The notes under the pieces are model-generated. The model was given only the letters and a program-made list of their open reading frames with translations. It ran no database searches and was not told where the DNA came from. 64,000 bases of DNA from the NCBI GenBank assembly GCA_025786725.1, contig JAHLTZ010000010.1, positions 699,999 through 763,998 of the forward strand, given 5' to 3'. The position numbers were made by a program, and so were the translations under genes. The DNA comes from Syncephalis fuscata S228. Taxonomy: Eukaryota; Fungi; Zoopagomycota. Below, piece after piece: positions 1-13,977 of the stretch (its first letter is position 1; every line of letters begins with the position of its first letter).

Positions 1-2614
1 CACCAACACCTGCAGCTGAAGATGCAGCAACTTCATTAGGTGTATTTGAGTTTGGATCAATGATAGGCGCATCGGGCTAACATAATAATTGATCGTTAAT
101 AAATTGTCAAATACTACATGACATATAATCATTACCATGCTTTCAGAGTAAGCTTGTAGTTTCTGTATCATTTGTTCAAGTGCTTTAAATGCTTGTACAC
201 GTACATCACTAGTGTTTAGTGTGATATAAAATGTTAAATAATACATTAAGATTATTTGTGTGCGGTTATATACAACTTACCGATGTGGATCGACCAATAG
301 CGGTGATATCGATGGCACAATACGTGTGGCATAATCAGCAGCGGCATAATCGTCAATAGTAGCTACATTAGACAAATGTAAATAAACAATAATAATTAAC
401 TAATTAAAACTAACCAGTAATAGCCATAAGTGCTGAAGATCGGGCAGCTGGAAATGGATCTCTTAATCCATTAAACAAGGCAACCAGAATGGCTTTTGAC
501 CGGGTCTATATAAAGATTGTTATGTTATTGTTATCTATTAGTAACCAATTAATATTATGTATTACTTACTGTCTCGTTCATATATTTACTTAATTTACCA
601 AGGCACACAATGGCATTGGTACGAATACCTGGTTCAGGATCCATCAGAGCTTTACAAATGTATTTGGATAGCTCTTGGTTATTCGTCTTTTCACTAAGCT
701 ATTAAATGGTAATATAAATGAGATTCAGTATTATATTAGCATGATATAGCTATATTGCTGTAGTGTAGTCACCTTGGGAGCTATTACTAATGCACTTCTT
801 ACAGTAGCATCTCGAATAATAGGCGCTGAATCAGTAAAACCAGTAATCTAACCAATAAGAATGGTATTAGTTTACATAGCAGTAATAAATATTTAATAAT
901 GGATCTTACATAATGTGGAAATATCGTATTGACCGTCGTCTTGACACTTAGATGTTGAACAAATGGCCCCAAATGGTCTAATAAACCCATACGGATACTG
1001 CGATCAGGTAAGGCAAATAAGCGAGTAATGGCCGGTGCCACTAGTGTGTGGTATTCTTTCTCATCAAGCTGTCCACTAATCTGAGCAATGGGACTGATTA
1101 CTTTATTGCCACCTAAATGGATCAACATCTATTAGATTTATAGTTGGTTATATTCATTACAATTTACCTGATCCAAATTCCAATACTTTTAATAGTTCAG
1201 GCAGTAATTTGTGTCGATTGAAATCAGTTGGGAATTGACCAATCATTGGTGTTAATCGACTAGAGGTAGAATGGCATTCATTAATAATACGGTATTTATA
1301 AACTGTCGTTAAATACGTACTTTAGAAATGCTTCTCGTTCAGGTTGATCTTTAACATTAAAGTTCTCCAAAAACAAATTAGCTTGTACGAAATCGTTCAT
1401 AAAATATCCATCAGATCGACTTGTATGATCGATAAAACGGCCTAGTGTTGCCCGTGATCGTGGATCATTGGCAAGTAATGATAAATATGCTTTACGTAGA
1501 TTCTATTAAATATATGCATTTATTAGTATTTTCTACTTTTATATACTATTTATAATTACCGCTGGAATACGACCGGGCGTTTTAAGTTGTTCTGACTGAG
1601 TAAATGATCCGTTGAACAACTCATAAATGAAACAAGCATAATGCCAACTATCAGTTGCAGATGGCTCATATCTAAAGTTATTATTAACAGTGTTATTGGT
1701 GTTAATAATATATTGCTTACTCTCTAATTGTGTCCCAAGTACCACGTGATACTTCAGGTGTGGCAAATCGTTTCGCATCTGGCATTAATCCGGCATTGGC
1801 CTAGTTTTATATTTTTATTAATATATTTTTATTTGTTTTGTTAATAAATACTACGTCAATTTGTTTACTATCTTACCGTAATAAACGGATGTTCATCTTT
1901 TAATGAACTTAATAACTCAAGTCCTCCAAGTTTCCATTCTCCGGCTCCGTTAACAAACACCGAACTAATTTTAATATTGCCATGGACCAAATTACAATCA
2001 TTATTTAAAAAGTGGACCATTTTCTAATTATTATAATTTACAGTATTGTAATACAAAACTTATTAATATTTGCTATTCTATCTTAATAATAAATTACTTA
2101 CTGCAATGTTAAAAAGACCCCAAGCAATTAAATTCTGATTTTGTTCGCTTTGGTTTAGAACAGTCCGTAATGGCTGGATAACATCGGTGGCCAGATAGAT
2201 ATGCGTATCCGTCTGTTTCAATCTACTCGTTAATATTGCGATGGTAGTTTCAGTATGCACCGTCCTTACCTCTACACCATCAATATAGCGGATAAGTCCC
2301 GGATGTCGAATTGTTCGAAATTTACTGAATGCATTCCGGGCCAGCGCCAATTCTCCACTAGACCCACGTGCCTTTTCGTAGACTAGCACTGATACGGCTG
2401 AATTGTCGGCCTAGTTAATCGTCAGTCCGGTGACTGATCGGTACATCATCTGTTGACTTACGGTTTTTCTACCTTCGTACAGTGCCCATACCGAATCGTT
2501 CCTGCCGAGTTCGTGCACCCTTTCGCCAATAGTATAGGGGAACTCTTGTCCGCTCGTTCCACCTACCAACGAGGAAAGGGTCGATTTAACCAGGCCCGAG
2601 AAAACTGTCGCCAT
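1..2614 (-). CDS. SCY1-like (SCYL1/CEX1) pseudokinase with HEAT repeats, multi-exon; 3' end runs off the window
   Basis: ATG at 2614 (MATVFSGLVKSTLSSLVGG..FPYTIGE). Exons include 'ALARNAFSKFRTIRHPGLIRYIDGVE', 'LVHGNIKISSVFVNGAGEWKLGGLE', 'ITRLFALPDRSIRMGLLDHLGPF', 'DPEPGIRTNAIVCLGK', 'LRDPFPAARSSALMA'. About 12 GT-AG introns. Confidence 0.9.
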
Positions 2615-4062
2615 AGGAATAAAGAATAGGAATGATGCTAAAGAGAGTAAGGACGGTTTGGTTAACAAAGGTGTTTTGCCACTGTGGCGGTATTTGGTTA
2701 TTGCTGTTAACAAGCAAATAATGATTGATACAAAAATAGGTGCATTTGTGTGTGTGTGTAATAAACGGGTAAATAAATTATTCAAATGGCGCTCAAATGA
2801 ATTGATTGGCTGATCGGATTTACCGTAAAAGTAGTTAGTAGCTCATTATACAATGAATTTAGCTGTTCTAGTTTGGTTTCTCAGCACAAGTGAAACAATA
2901 AACAGTATCTAATGGATTTGTACATGGTAAAAGCTGCCTAAATAAACACATGTGATAAATGTGTTCATGAATGATAGGCTAGACACAGCTCGCTTATTAC
3001 CACGAGCATTATTGATCACGACGGTGTTTTCAAATGACAATGATTGGAACATAGGCGATAGAATACAAGGATGGAATGCTAGTATGATACCTATTATTTC
3101 TAAATTAGAAATTAGAAATTAAAATTAGAATAAACCCAGTAAAAAGAAGTATTATTGTACCATGTTCAACATGCCTATTGCAGAATAACCAGGATATACA
3201 ACGTGTCCTGAGCGGCTTGGTACAACAAGCATGGGAATCTTTAAAGGTCGTTGCTTTTATTTATTTTATTTTGTGTATAAGCGAGCCAAGCTATATTGAA
3301 TAAAAAGTACTCGAAGGTACCTTTTAATGATGGAAAATAGGCCGTTTATATTTAAAAAAGAAACGTCATGTATTTTTAGACCGAGTAACGGCAAATTAAA
3401 CAGTACGTAAAAACGATTGAAGAAAAATAGTCATGAGTCATTAGTATAGGATACACATGTTTATGGTATGACTATTGTTCATACTAATGACGATAGCAAA
3501 GCAATGGAAATTGAAGAGAAAGAGTGAAAACAAGAACAAGCAGGATGACAAGGATGAGAAGGATGAGAAGTAGTAGCAAGAACAATCACGTCGGCTCTAT
3601 AGCCAATAGAATTGGCAAAATTCATTAGGAAGCGATGGCGCCATCCTCGTTTATCTGTATTTTTGCATTAATGCGTGCAAGTCGTGCAACGTTTTCAATT
3701 AATGACTAGGCGATAAAGATTTGAATGATAGTCATTGTTACCGCAGCTCAAAATGGGAGGAAGGTTGGTCTATCTTCACATTCCCAGCTCGGGCCTCATG
3801 ATTCGTCAAGAGGTGGCGTCAGGCCACTCAACGTCGAATCACCGCATAATAAGCACATCTCCTGATGGAGCCCACAGCTACGGGTGATACATAATACCGA
3901 CCTGTATTTATAATAAGCATAAAGCGCAAAAGCGACTATTGCTATTATCGCTACTTGTATCTTCCAGCAGTTACGGTCTTCGTGCTCGTTTATAAATATT
4001 TCCATCAAGCTTAGCGCTGCTTTACTGTTTTACTACCACTATTTTTATTATTGCTTTTTGCC

Positions 4063-5512
4063 ATGTCTCCCTCTGAAGCTACTGTTACAAAGCTATCGGT
4101 TACCGTAAACGACGGCGGCGACGTATCGGCCGAACACCAATACGCAGAAGTATTGCACGGCCAAACGAAAGCCGATAGCTCTTCGTTCTTTTTTACCAAA
4201 GTGGTAAAAAAAGATCGTGAACTTCACAAAGAGGCCGTTGAAGACTATAATAACTTTTTTCAAGCGGACCGTGAGCGTGCCGAACGTGGTGAAGATGTCG
4301 AAGGCAATCAAGAAGAACGTCTTAGCAAGTACACTCGCCTAACCAATACTTATTATAACCTTGTTACCGATTTGTACGAGGTAAGTGTGCATAATGTTGA
4401 ATCCACTCATCCGTTGGCTAATGACTCGATTATGATGGATGATATTTAGTATGGATGGGGCCAATCATTCCATTTTGCTCGTCACTATCCCGGTGAAGCC
4501 TTCCGTCAAAGCATTGCTCGTCACGAGCACTATTTGGCCCACCGTATTGGTGTTAAGCCAGGTATGCACCTACTGGTAAGTTATTTACTGCACTCGTCAT
4601 TCAATAGCTCATTTTATATGGCTAGGATGTTGGCTGTGGTGTAGGCGGCCCTGCTCGAGCAATGATTCATTTTGGCGACGTTAAAGTGACCGGCCTTAAC
4701 AATAACGAGTATCAACTTGAACGTGCTGCCACTTATGCTGCTCGTGAAAAGATTGCCGATAAATGGAGCTCAATTAAGGGTGATTTTATGAAAATGGATA
4801 TACCCGATAATACATTTGATGGTGTAAGTGCCATAGATTATTTATTAATTAGTATTTACTTATTTATCTTCACTCATTGGTTTGATTGATTGAATAAATT
4901 TTTATGTGTAACAATAGGCATACGCTATTGAAGCAACGGTTCATGCACCCGATCTAGCCGGTGTCTACGGTGAAATCTTCCGAGTAATTAAGCCAGGTTC
5001 ACGATTTGCTTGCTACGAATGGTGTATGACGGACAAATACAATCACGATGATCCTGAACATCGCCGCATCCGTCTAGGTATCGAGGAAGGCAACGGTATT
5101 CCACAGATGGTTGGCACCGATGTAGCATTGGCTGCGCTACGCAAGGCCGGCTTTGAAGTTGAGTACCATGAAGTACTTGGACTCAATGACACTGTACCTT
5201 GGTACATGCCACTTGAAGGCAGCTATACTGGCAATATTGCTTTAACCTCAGCTGGTGTCTATTTCACAGATATTATGGTAAGTAAATTATACTGTTATTA
5301 TATCCATTATCACCTTACTGACTATTATTATTATTGTTATTACTATCTTTATTTAACAGTGTATGGCAATGGAAAAAGTTGGTCTAGCACCTGCTGGCAC
5401 ACGTCAAGTAAGCCAAATTCTATTGGGTGCCCGTAGTCATTTGGCTGCTGGTGGTAAACTAGGCATATTCACACCTATGTTCTGCTTTGTGGCCCGTAAG
5501 CCAGAAGTGTAA
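4063..5512 (+). CDS. ERG6: Sterol 24-C-methyltransferase, 5 exons
   Basis: '[10 protein letters not shown]|[11 protein letters not shown]', SAM motif 'LL|DVGCGVGGP', '[11 protein letters not shown]', 'IEEGNGIP', C-terminal '[16 protein letters not shown]'. Confidence 0.93.
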
Positions 5513-5639
5513 ATTTTTTATACACTATTTTGTTCATTCAGCTTTATACCGCTTGATTTTTTTATTTACTCTTTACAATTGTTAAGATTGTAGAGTGCGC
5601 CCATTTGCCTTATAAATCGATTATGTTAGCATGATCATT

Positions 5640-6520
5640 GATTTGAATAAACACATTGAAATGTTAGCTTTTTAAGACAAATACAACAATTATGTTTATT
5701 TTAAAAATAAATTTGAATGATTGGATATACACATTAAAATGATAGCTTTTTATTTAAAATACATACAACAGTTATGTTTGCTATGATAATAATGACCAAA
5801 TGATTGGATGTACACATTAAATGTTAGCACCTCATATAAAATAACTACTAATTATGTCTGCTACGATAATAAATGACTAAATAACTAAATAACATATTAA
5901 AATGTTAGCTTTTATTTAAAATAAATACAACATTATGTTTGCTATTATAATGAATGACAAATAATTGAATATACATATTAAAATGTTAGCTTTATTAAAA
6001 TAACTACGTAATATGTTGCTATGATAATAAATGACTAAATAACTAAATATACATATTAAATGTAGCTTTTATTTAAAATAAATACAACAGTTATATTTGC
6101 TATGATAATAATGACAAATATTGATTACACATTAAATGTTAGATCATATAAATAACTACGTAATTATGCTGCTATATAATAAATGACTAAATAACTAAAT
6201 ATACATATTGAAATAATAGCTTTTTATTTAAAATAAATACAACAGTTATATTTGCTATTATAATGAATGACCAATGATTGGATATACACATTAAAATGTT
6301 ACTTATTATAACTACGTAATTATGTCTGCTATGATAATAAATGACTAAATAACTAAATATACATATTGAAATGATAGCTTTTATTTAAAATAAATACAAC
6401 AGTTATGTTTGCTATGATAATGAATGACCAGATGATTGGATGTACACATTAAAATACTAGTTTTCTCTAAGATAAATACTGCAGTTATGTTTATTTTAAT
6501 AATAATGACTGAATAATTGA
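5640..6520. repeat. AT-rich minisatellite, ~60-bp monomers in an alternating A/B (~120-bp) higher-order pattern
   Basis: Recurrent 'acattaaaatgttagc' and 'ttatgtttgctatgataat' every ~60 bp. Variants alternate between 'aaatacaacag..gattggatatac' and 'aactacgtaat..gactaaataactaaat'. Confidence 0.9.
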
Positions 6521-6612
6521 ATAATGCTACTGATAAAAAATAACTTTTTAAAATAAAGCGAATAAAGGCGAACGTGAAACTATTGTAAAAGAAAAATATG
6601 TTATGTCATTAG

Positions 6613-8674
6613 TTAAACGGCTGAAGCTCGCCGTTTGTCTTTGATCGCCTGGCTAGCTTCAATACGTCTAGCCAAACGATCAATTTCTTGTCTACGTAGT
6701 CGAATACGGAATGCAGCCCGTAAAATATCATCTGGCTGCATTTTTTCAACCGGCAAATGAAGTAAATATGATAAAAGTTCGGTATTTGACGGACATTGGC
6801 GAAGTAACCAATCTAAATAAATATCATTAATTGGTAATTAATTAAATATAATAAGTAGCTATAATATTACTTATAATTACTATTTACTTACCTTTAGAAA
6901 CATCTAAAATACCCAAAGCAACACGGAATAAAAACTTGTTGCCTATTTGACTAATATTAATGTAAAATATTGTTAATTACTATAAAGCTTACCTCCAAAG
7001 TAGAAAACATCCCAGACGCGCAATACAGTCTCCCATGGAAGTGCCATGGTAAACAATGTAAGAAACCATTGTGTTACATACATTAGTGGCACTACACCAT
7101 TTTCATCCTATCAACAACAAACAAATGTGTTAGCAAGTCTACTAGTTATTATATTACAAACTTACCAAATGCTTTGCCAGCATAGGACTATGGCCGGCTA
7201 GCAGATGCTCAAATACTTCAGCATCTACCCGTAATTTGCCCAGATTTGGAGAATAGTAACCAGCCATGTGTTGATCAATAGTGGCTACCAATAGCCAGAA
7301 TGAATCCTATTATTACCAATATTAATATAATGCATTCTGCTTAATTAATAGCAATACTTGCCTCTTCATCGAGTTGCATTAACATTAATCCTACAAGTCG
7401 GCCCATACCTTGACAATAGCCAACTTCAGGATTGTAATGCGCATATGCCTTAAGTATAGAGTGGAGTGTAGCCTGGCCTACACCTTGTTCTTCATGGAAT
7501 AGAACATGGTTGGGATAGCAACGTTGGATATCACGCTCTATTGTTTCGTAAATATCTAACGGCTCTCTTAATTTTAATTCCTATATAATGTTGTTAGTAC
7601 ATTGTTAATCGACAGGGTGGCCAATATCATTATACATCTATTTTTGTACCGCATCCTACCTCATACAAGCCTGGTCGTCGGTATTTAGCTGTATCAGCCA
7701 AATAAAGCCATACTTTGCCACGAATGGCGTCTGGTATGCCTTGCCTGACTAATCTCCGCACCTGGACCCGTACAATTAATCTTTATAAGGTTATTTACAT
7801 ACATAATTCAGCTTACCTTTTTGGATTTACGGATTGAACTTGGTGAGAACTTTTCCATAATTGTATTCCACTTTATCTCCCGAATGGCCATCGCCTTGGG
7901 CGTATTACGCGAGCTGAATATATTGCGTTAGCTAAATACAATAGTATTGTGTGTAATTATTAATACTTACGATGAATAGTTGCCATCAGCATCAGATGAG
8001 CCTTCACCATCTGTCATATCGCATAGAAATCCATAATCGTCAACTGTTTTACCTTCGGGTGTGTTGACAGATAGCCATTGGCCGTAACGTGAGGCTGGAC
8101 TTCGGCCTGTGCTTCGACTTGTATACTGTTCAAGCCCATCAGTTTGTACAGTAAGTGAATGTGAACGATACATATCTGCACTAAGTGCACTCGATGAAGA
8201 CGATGCTGATCTGGGCACAGGTATACTGGCGGTTAGTGTATTGGGCATCCGCGTATCGAGTGCCTCAGTCAGCGATTCTATCGATACATTCTCATCCACC
8301 AACGACACCGTTGGTATATAGCCAAGCTGAGGAGAGGAGTGGTTGCGCTTTTGCTGCAACAACAGCTCAGGTGCACTTGCCATGCCGTTTGATCGACCAA
8401 CGAATGTTGCGTGGATAGACGGTAGCCGTCCTTCCCTGTCTTCTAGTCGAAGTGATTTCTGTTTAGAATGAACGTTGGCTGTTGTGTTGGCAACCAAAGA
8501 CGGTGTCTGGCTATTATTCTCCTTATGACTATTGTTGTCATCTACTTCTACGACTGCAGATTCAGCCGACAGGACAGTTACTAGACCCGAGGTCCAGTTA
8601 GACTTTTGAAATACTCGACTAGTTGTCTCGCCGCCGTTTCCTTTCCAAAAGGGTGCAGGACTACTAGAGAACAT
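6613..8674 (-). CDS. TBC-domain Rab GTPase-activating protein, multi-exon
   Basis: 'VDDYGF', 'LVRQGIPDAIRGKVWLYL', 'IERDIQRCYP' (R finger), 'YAHYNPEVGYCQGM' (Q finger), 'EE|DSFWLL', 'QWFLTLFT', 'VLRVWDVF'; stop after 'RRASAV'. Confidence 0.88.
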
Positions 8675-9359
8675 ACTACGATGCAAAGCTGCTTTACGCA
8701 AGTACTAAAGGAGCGGGGACACACGCCGCACTTACAAATGTGTAAGAATTTACAGCAACAGTCAACGAAAAGTGTAGGGGTCGGGCTAAAGAAAGGAATA
8801 CAAAAGGCGCTGCGTGACTACAATGTTGCGTATTTAGATAAAAGCGATTATGCACGGCAAGAAGCCAAAAAAGGACAAGCCACTCAGTCCAAATTGGTAT
8901 AGCAAGGAGAGCGTTTTATTCGTACAAGTACTCAGTTTGCTGTTCTGTTGCTATTGTAAAACAAAAGAATAAAAAGGTTCAAGGTAACGGCGTGCTGTGT
9001 GTTATGTGCAGATGTACGTCCACGTTGGTGCATGGCTGGGTGGGCAAGCGTGGCTTCCAAACAGAATGGAGGCAGTAGAGAGTATATACCTAGGATGAGC
9101 GAGCGTGACCATTGAAGTGAATCAAGGATCAATGAATCTAGACATTAAGGATTGTCTTAGTTTCAGAGACAATCATTAACACCGATAATCATTCCATTGT
9201 AAAACCTTTGACACAACTATTTATATTTTATCGACTTTAATATCTATTCATAGTATTATATTTATATATATATATATCGTGTTTAGTTATTCAATCTGTG
9301 CTAAGTAGTATTAATAAAATAAATGTAACATTGCTTGCAAATATTAAACAATTTATCAA

Positions 9360-10440
9360 TTACTCGGTGTGATTTGGTGGTCAAATGGCTTTTTTGATAA
9401 CATTCGCGTAACTGTACTAGGTATTCGTTCTATTGAACATGGAGCTGGATGGTGAGTTTTATTCGATAATTGCATCATTAAATTATATTATGATCTGGGG
9501 GTCAAATGACTTTTTTTGATAACATTCGCGCAATTGCACTGCACATTCAATCTATTGAACATGGGGACAAGTGGTGAGTTTTATTTAATCGTCACATCAT
9601 CACACTTATTGCTTTTTTGGGGACAAATGACTAATATTTAATAACGCCCAATCTATTGAACATGATGATGGGTGGTGAGTGACATCAGTCATCAAATACT
9701 CGTCATCATAGATTCGTTATCCAGTATGCATATATCCACCGTTTACCTATATCATTCCCATTCTGTCCCACACTACTATGTATCATTCTACGATACACTA
9801 GACACATTTTATTGTTTATACGCGGCAATATACTTTGCTCATTCCACTCATTCCACTATACACACTGTAGCTTTGACGCCGCTTTTTATGTTGTCTTACT
9901 GTACATTTGTCATTTTATATATCATTCTATACTCGCCTAGTCCTCTTCTATCCAAAACTGTTTTTATTTTTGTTCTAGCACTATTATTAATAAATGTCGA
10001 CTAATGTCGGTCATTGATCATGCATATATGCTCAATAACTTTAACATGGCTAATCGTCGCTCAATATTGTATATTCACTATATTGTATATTAGTTTATTG
10101 TCTAGTAAGTATGCGCTAGCTATTGCAGCTGTCCGTTTAGCTTTAGAGTCATTATTAATACATTTCGACTCATTCACCTCATTCATTTAGCAAGCTATAT
10201 GTAATTAAACTTATAACAATAGAATGTGTCTAGTATATCGTAGAACAATGTATAATAGTATGGAATAAAATGGGAATCATATAAATGAATAGGAGATATA
10301 TGCGTACTGGATATATGCATACTGGATAGCGAATCTACAATGATGCGTACTTGATTATTGGTGTCATTCACTACCCAGCATCATGCTCAATAGATTGAGT
10401 GTTATTAGATGTTAGTCATTTGGTCACCAAATCATATTAA
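9360..10440. mobile_element. Non-autonomous element with long inverted arms (foldback/MITE/MULE-like); outer arm made of ~120-bp subrepeats
   Basis: 9610-9815 (+) is a diverged inverted copy of ~10215-10435. Three ~120-bp units (ggtcaaatg..ctattgaacatg..ggtgagt) lie at 9368-9690. Near-identical copies occur at 57.4-57.9, 58.5-58.8 and 59.6-60.0 kb. Confidence 0.65.
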
Positions 10441-10666
10441 TTTGTTAATCAATCGTTAAATGTCAGTATAATAATATATATTGTCAACACATTATTCAGC
10501 TGAATGATAAATGTAATGAATTGATTGTATCACAATCATAATAAAACATCTAAAGTAATAGTAAAAGTACATATTTTATTGAAAGTAAAGAGTGTCAAAA
10601 CTAATGCGCAAACCAAAATAAAATATCTGATTGCTTATCAGTATCTGAACATGTGCATTAAAAATG

Positions 10667-12216
10667 CTATTTTTTGTTTACTTTTCTATCTAAATAATTT
10701 CGAAACATTAATTGGCCGATATATTCCAAGGCCGACATAACAATGGCTGGTATGGTCAAAACTTCATTAATTAATGGGGCAGTAGATAAATGGCTAGATG
10801 GGAGTGTAGCAGGTGAATGAACAGATGGCGGCACAGCAGGCGAGTTGCTAGATGGTAATACCTTAGATGAATGGCTAGGTGATGTAGTGAGCCATTTACT
10901 TTTTAATGCCGCTTCAATAGTAATCGCTCATTAGCACTGACAGTGAGCAAGCGCCGTATCAGATCTTTTGCTTCAATAAACATTAGTCTCTGTGTGCTAT
11001 CCAATGCATTGCTACTTACCATTGTTGCTTATATTGAACGGCCGACGTTGTCAAAAACAATGGCGCCATAGAATATCTCTATAAAGTATTTGGCTATATC
11101 TTTATTGTTATAGGGAAGTGCAGCTAAAATACATTAATTGTTATAATATTGTGTTTGAATTACGCACTTACTTGTAAATAAATCAAATAAGTGACTCCTA
11201 GGCTCCATGCATCCGCCTCTTTCCCGTAGCCGTTATAGCAAAGAGCAAACGTCTGAATATCACCATTGAGTTTTGCATCACGTTCATATATTTGACAAAG
11301 CTGATTATCGCTGCAACGTGTGTATAATATTATCTCGGGCGCTGCGTATCCTGATGTAAAGCCAAAAACAGTCAATAATGGATTTGTAGATGAAATTATG
11401 TGTGCTAGATCAAAGTCTGAAAGTACAACTCTGGGATTATCATTCTTATCCATCAGCAATATATTTTCCGGCTAAAAACTATTTTAGAATCTATTGCTAA
11501 ACACAGCTATAAATAAAATACCTACTTGATGTCTAATAAATAATAAGCAATACAGATTATTATTAGCACAGTTTGTAATGGCAATTGTAATACTTACCGC
11601 CATGCACAATATTGTTTTTGTGCATATGCTATCAAAATGTTAGTAATAGTTTATATAGTATTAATGTGGCTTACCATTACACCATTGAGCAGCTGTTGAA
11701 ATATATTTTTAATTTTGTTTTCAGGAAGTGGATGATGTCGCCGTATGTAATCAAATAAATCACCGCCTTGCGCATACTCCAAAAACAAATATGTGTATTT
11801 TTGTGTTTCTACAGCATCTAGCAGTTGAATAATATTTCTATGTCCTTTGAGAGCTTGTAGTACACTTCTCTCTCGAATATAACCATTTAAATCTACTTGG
11901 ATCCCATTATCAGTAACTTTCTTCATCATTTTGACCGCTATCGTCTTTCTTAAACTAAGCGAAATAGCCTGGTAAACACTTCCAAATGTACCACTATATT
12001 TAATAATATCATTTAATAAATTAATAAAACTTAATTTTGTACAAAACTTACGCTCCAATTTTCTTGTTTTTATAATATATTTTCTTTCAACAAGCTATAA
12101 GCAAATATAGTGTGCTGTTGTTAGATTCTTAATAAACATAATTTACTTATACTTACCTCATTATAATCAACGCTATCATCCAAGGTGTTTCTTTGTTTGA
12201 TGGGAATATCGTTCAT
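10667..12216 (-). CDS. Divergent CAMK-like Ser/Thr protein kinase (three 1-nt frameshifts as assembled)
   Basis: 'IGAGTFGSVY', 'IAVK', 'LFLEYAQGGDLFDYI', 'VHG|DIK|PEN' (8-nt microexon near 11525-11533), 'LSDFDLA', 'GFTSGYAAPE', 'DAWSLGV', 'ERITIEAALKSKW'. Confidence 0.8.
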
Positions 12217-12931
12217 TGTAACTAAGTGCACAATAAATAACTATTTCAAATGTTAAATTGTGGTAAAAGCGCAATAGAGTAGCTACGTATTATATTGTAG
12301 TAAAAACAAGGCAGATAAGGCACAAAACTAATGTGGAAAATTACTAATTTATTTACAGCATACCAAATCAACGACTGTTTTTATATTGGCCTTAGATCGT
12401 ACACAATAGCAATAATTACAATGATAGTAACAATAATGACAATAATGATATTGATAATACTAGTGGAGCTGTATAACAATATTTCACGTTTCTTATTGTT
12501 GTCTGTACGCAATATGCACGCTATTTTTGTTGTACGGAATTGGCCTTGTTTTGTTTTCTCATAAAAGTAGCATCAATGTTGCGCACATTCATTGTTTATT
12601 ATGCAGCATTTGATGCAATGCCAACCCAGATGATTGTTTCTATACTGTTGTGCAACGCTTATTACCTTTGCCGTTTTCTAATAATAGTACTTTGTTCAAA
12701 ATGCCGTCAATAGTTATACTGGCCATAATAAAGTGATATATAGTAGTGTGAATATGCGATAAAAAGTCTATGAATAGCTGTTTTGAGCTTATAGTGCGTA
12801 TAACTTGGTAAATAGAATGTAATCAATGTATTATAAAATTACATATGTTCGTATTAGTATACGGTGGAAATAGTAAAGCAGAATAAAGTATATATACATT
12901 CAAAATAATAAATCTATAATGATAAGTATTC

Positions 12932-12988
12932 TGATGACTGATGTCGCTCAACACCAAGGCTTATTGAACATGAAGCTAAATGGTAAAA
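12932..12988. repeat. Small fragment of the same dispersed repeat family
   Basis: 'gatgactgatgtcgctca' (minus-arm motif) abuts 'tattgaacatgaagctaaatggt' (plus-arm motif). Confidence 0.45.
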
Positions 12989-13977
12989 TATATCAAATAA
13001 TAACAGCGTGCTATTACCATTCTATTCATTGATCCACTAAATAGCATGTAGCAAATCGTATATGTAACTGTGCATTGATCAACAAATAACTCTCCCAAAT
13101 ACAAATGATAAAAACTTGTCTAAATGAGTATATCAATTATCTACATTACTACTTTTAATTAATACAAAGAATATATACTTTTATTACAACAACAATTGGA
13201 ATCATTGGCTTATTAAATAAGACTGATCCACTGTACCAATGAATCATTCACATCCTCACGTGAAACATCTTTACTCCACTCAAATCAAACTACGAATGAA
13301 AGTATAGATTGAGATAGAATTTATGAATTGGGGACATTATTCACCACCCTCAATACTCCAGTTTCTCTATCACTATCGGCTATAGCCTTTTTCTTCTTTT
13401 TTTACGTTCCCTTTTTCTCTTCTAGTATTGCTAGTACCCTCTTTGTAATAGCACGTTGCTGCTTTTGTAGTGTGGGTTATTTGCATCTGTGCTTGATTTC
13501 TTGCTTGCTCTTTCTTCCGCTGTCTATACCACAAGTAAGTGGTGTGTGTGTGTGTGTGTTTGTGTGTGTTCTATATATACATTGTGGTCAGTGTGTGTTG
13601 TTTGCGTAGTTATTCGCCTGTGCACTCGTTTCAAGAAATAACAACAGTTTTTCTTTGTGCAGTTTCGACGCTGATCTTCGTCTTCACATTGTTTGTTGTC
13701 GTTGTTATTGTTTTCATTTGTCGAATATACTTGCTCTTCTCGCCTGTAAACCTACAGAGGTAGGTTAATAGTTGGCAAATGATCTATTTGACAATCTAAG
13801 CCTGATGAAGTGTCAGCTGCATATATACATCATGTGATGTCACGAGGTGTTTGTCGCTGTCGCCTCTTTCACTTCAACGTTGACCCGATCAACTGTATAA
13901 ATATAAAGTACCAAGCTAATCAGTTATTTGCATATACTTTCTTTTCTAAATAGGATTGCAATACTATTACATTCATA

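Noticed and set aside
5640-6520. CRISPR-like array
   Set aside because: Whole units repeat with no unique spacers, the context is eukaryotic, and there are no cas genes.
9672-10004. Multi-copy ORF 'MVSDISHQ..' (also 57398, 58695, 59638)
   Set aside because: It starts mostly at GTG, lies within the repeat arm, and copies differ by frame-breaking indels and unrelated C-termini.
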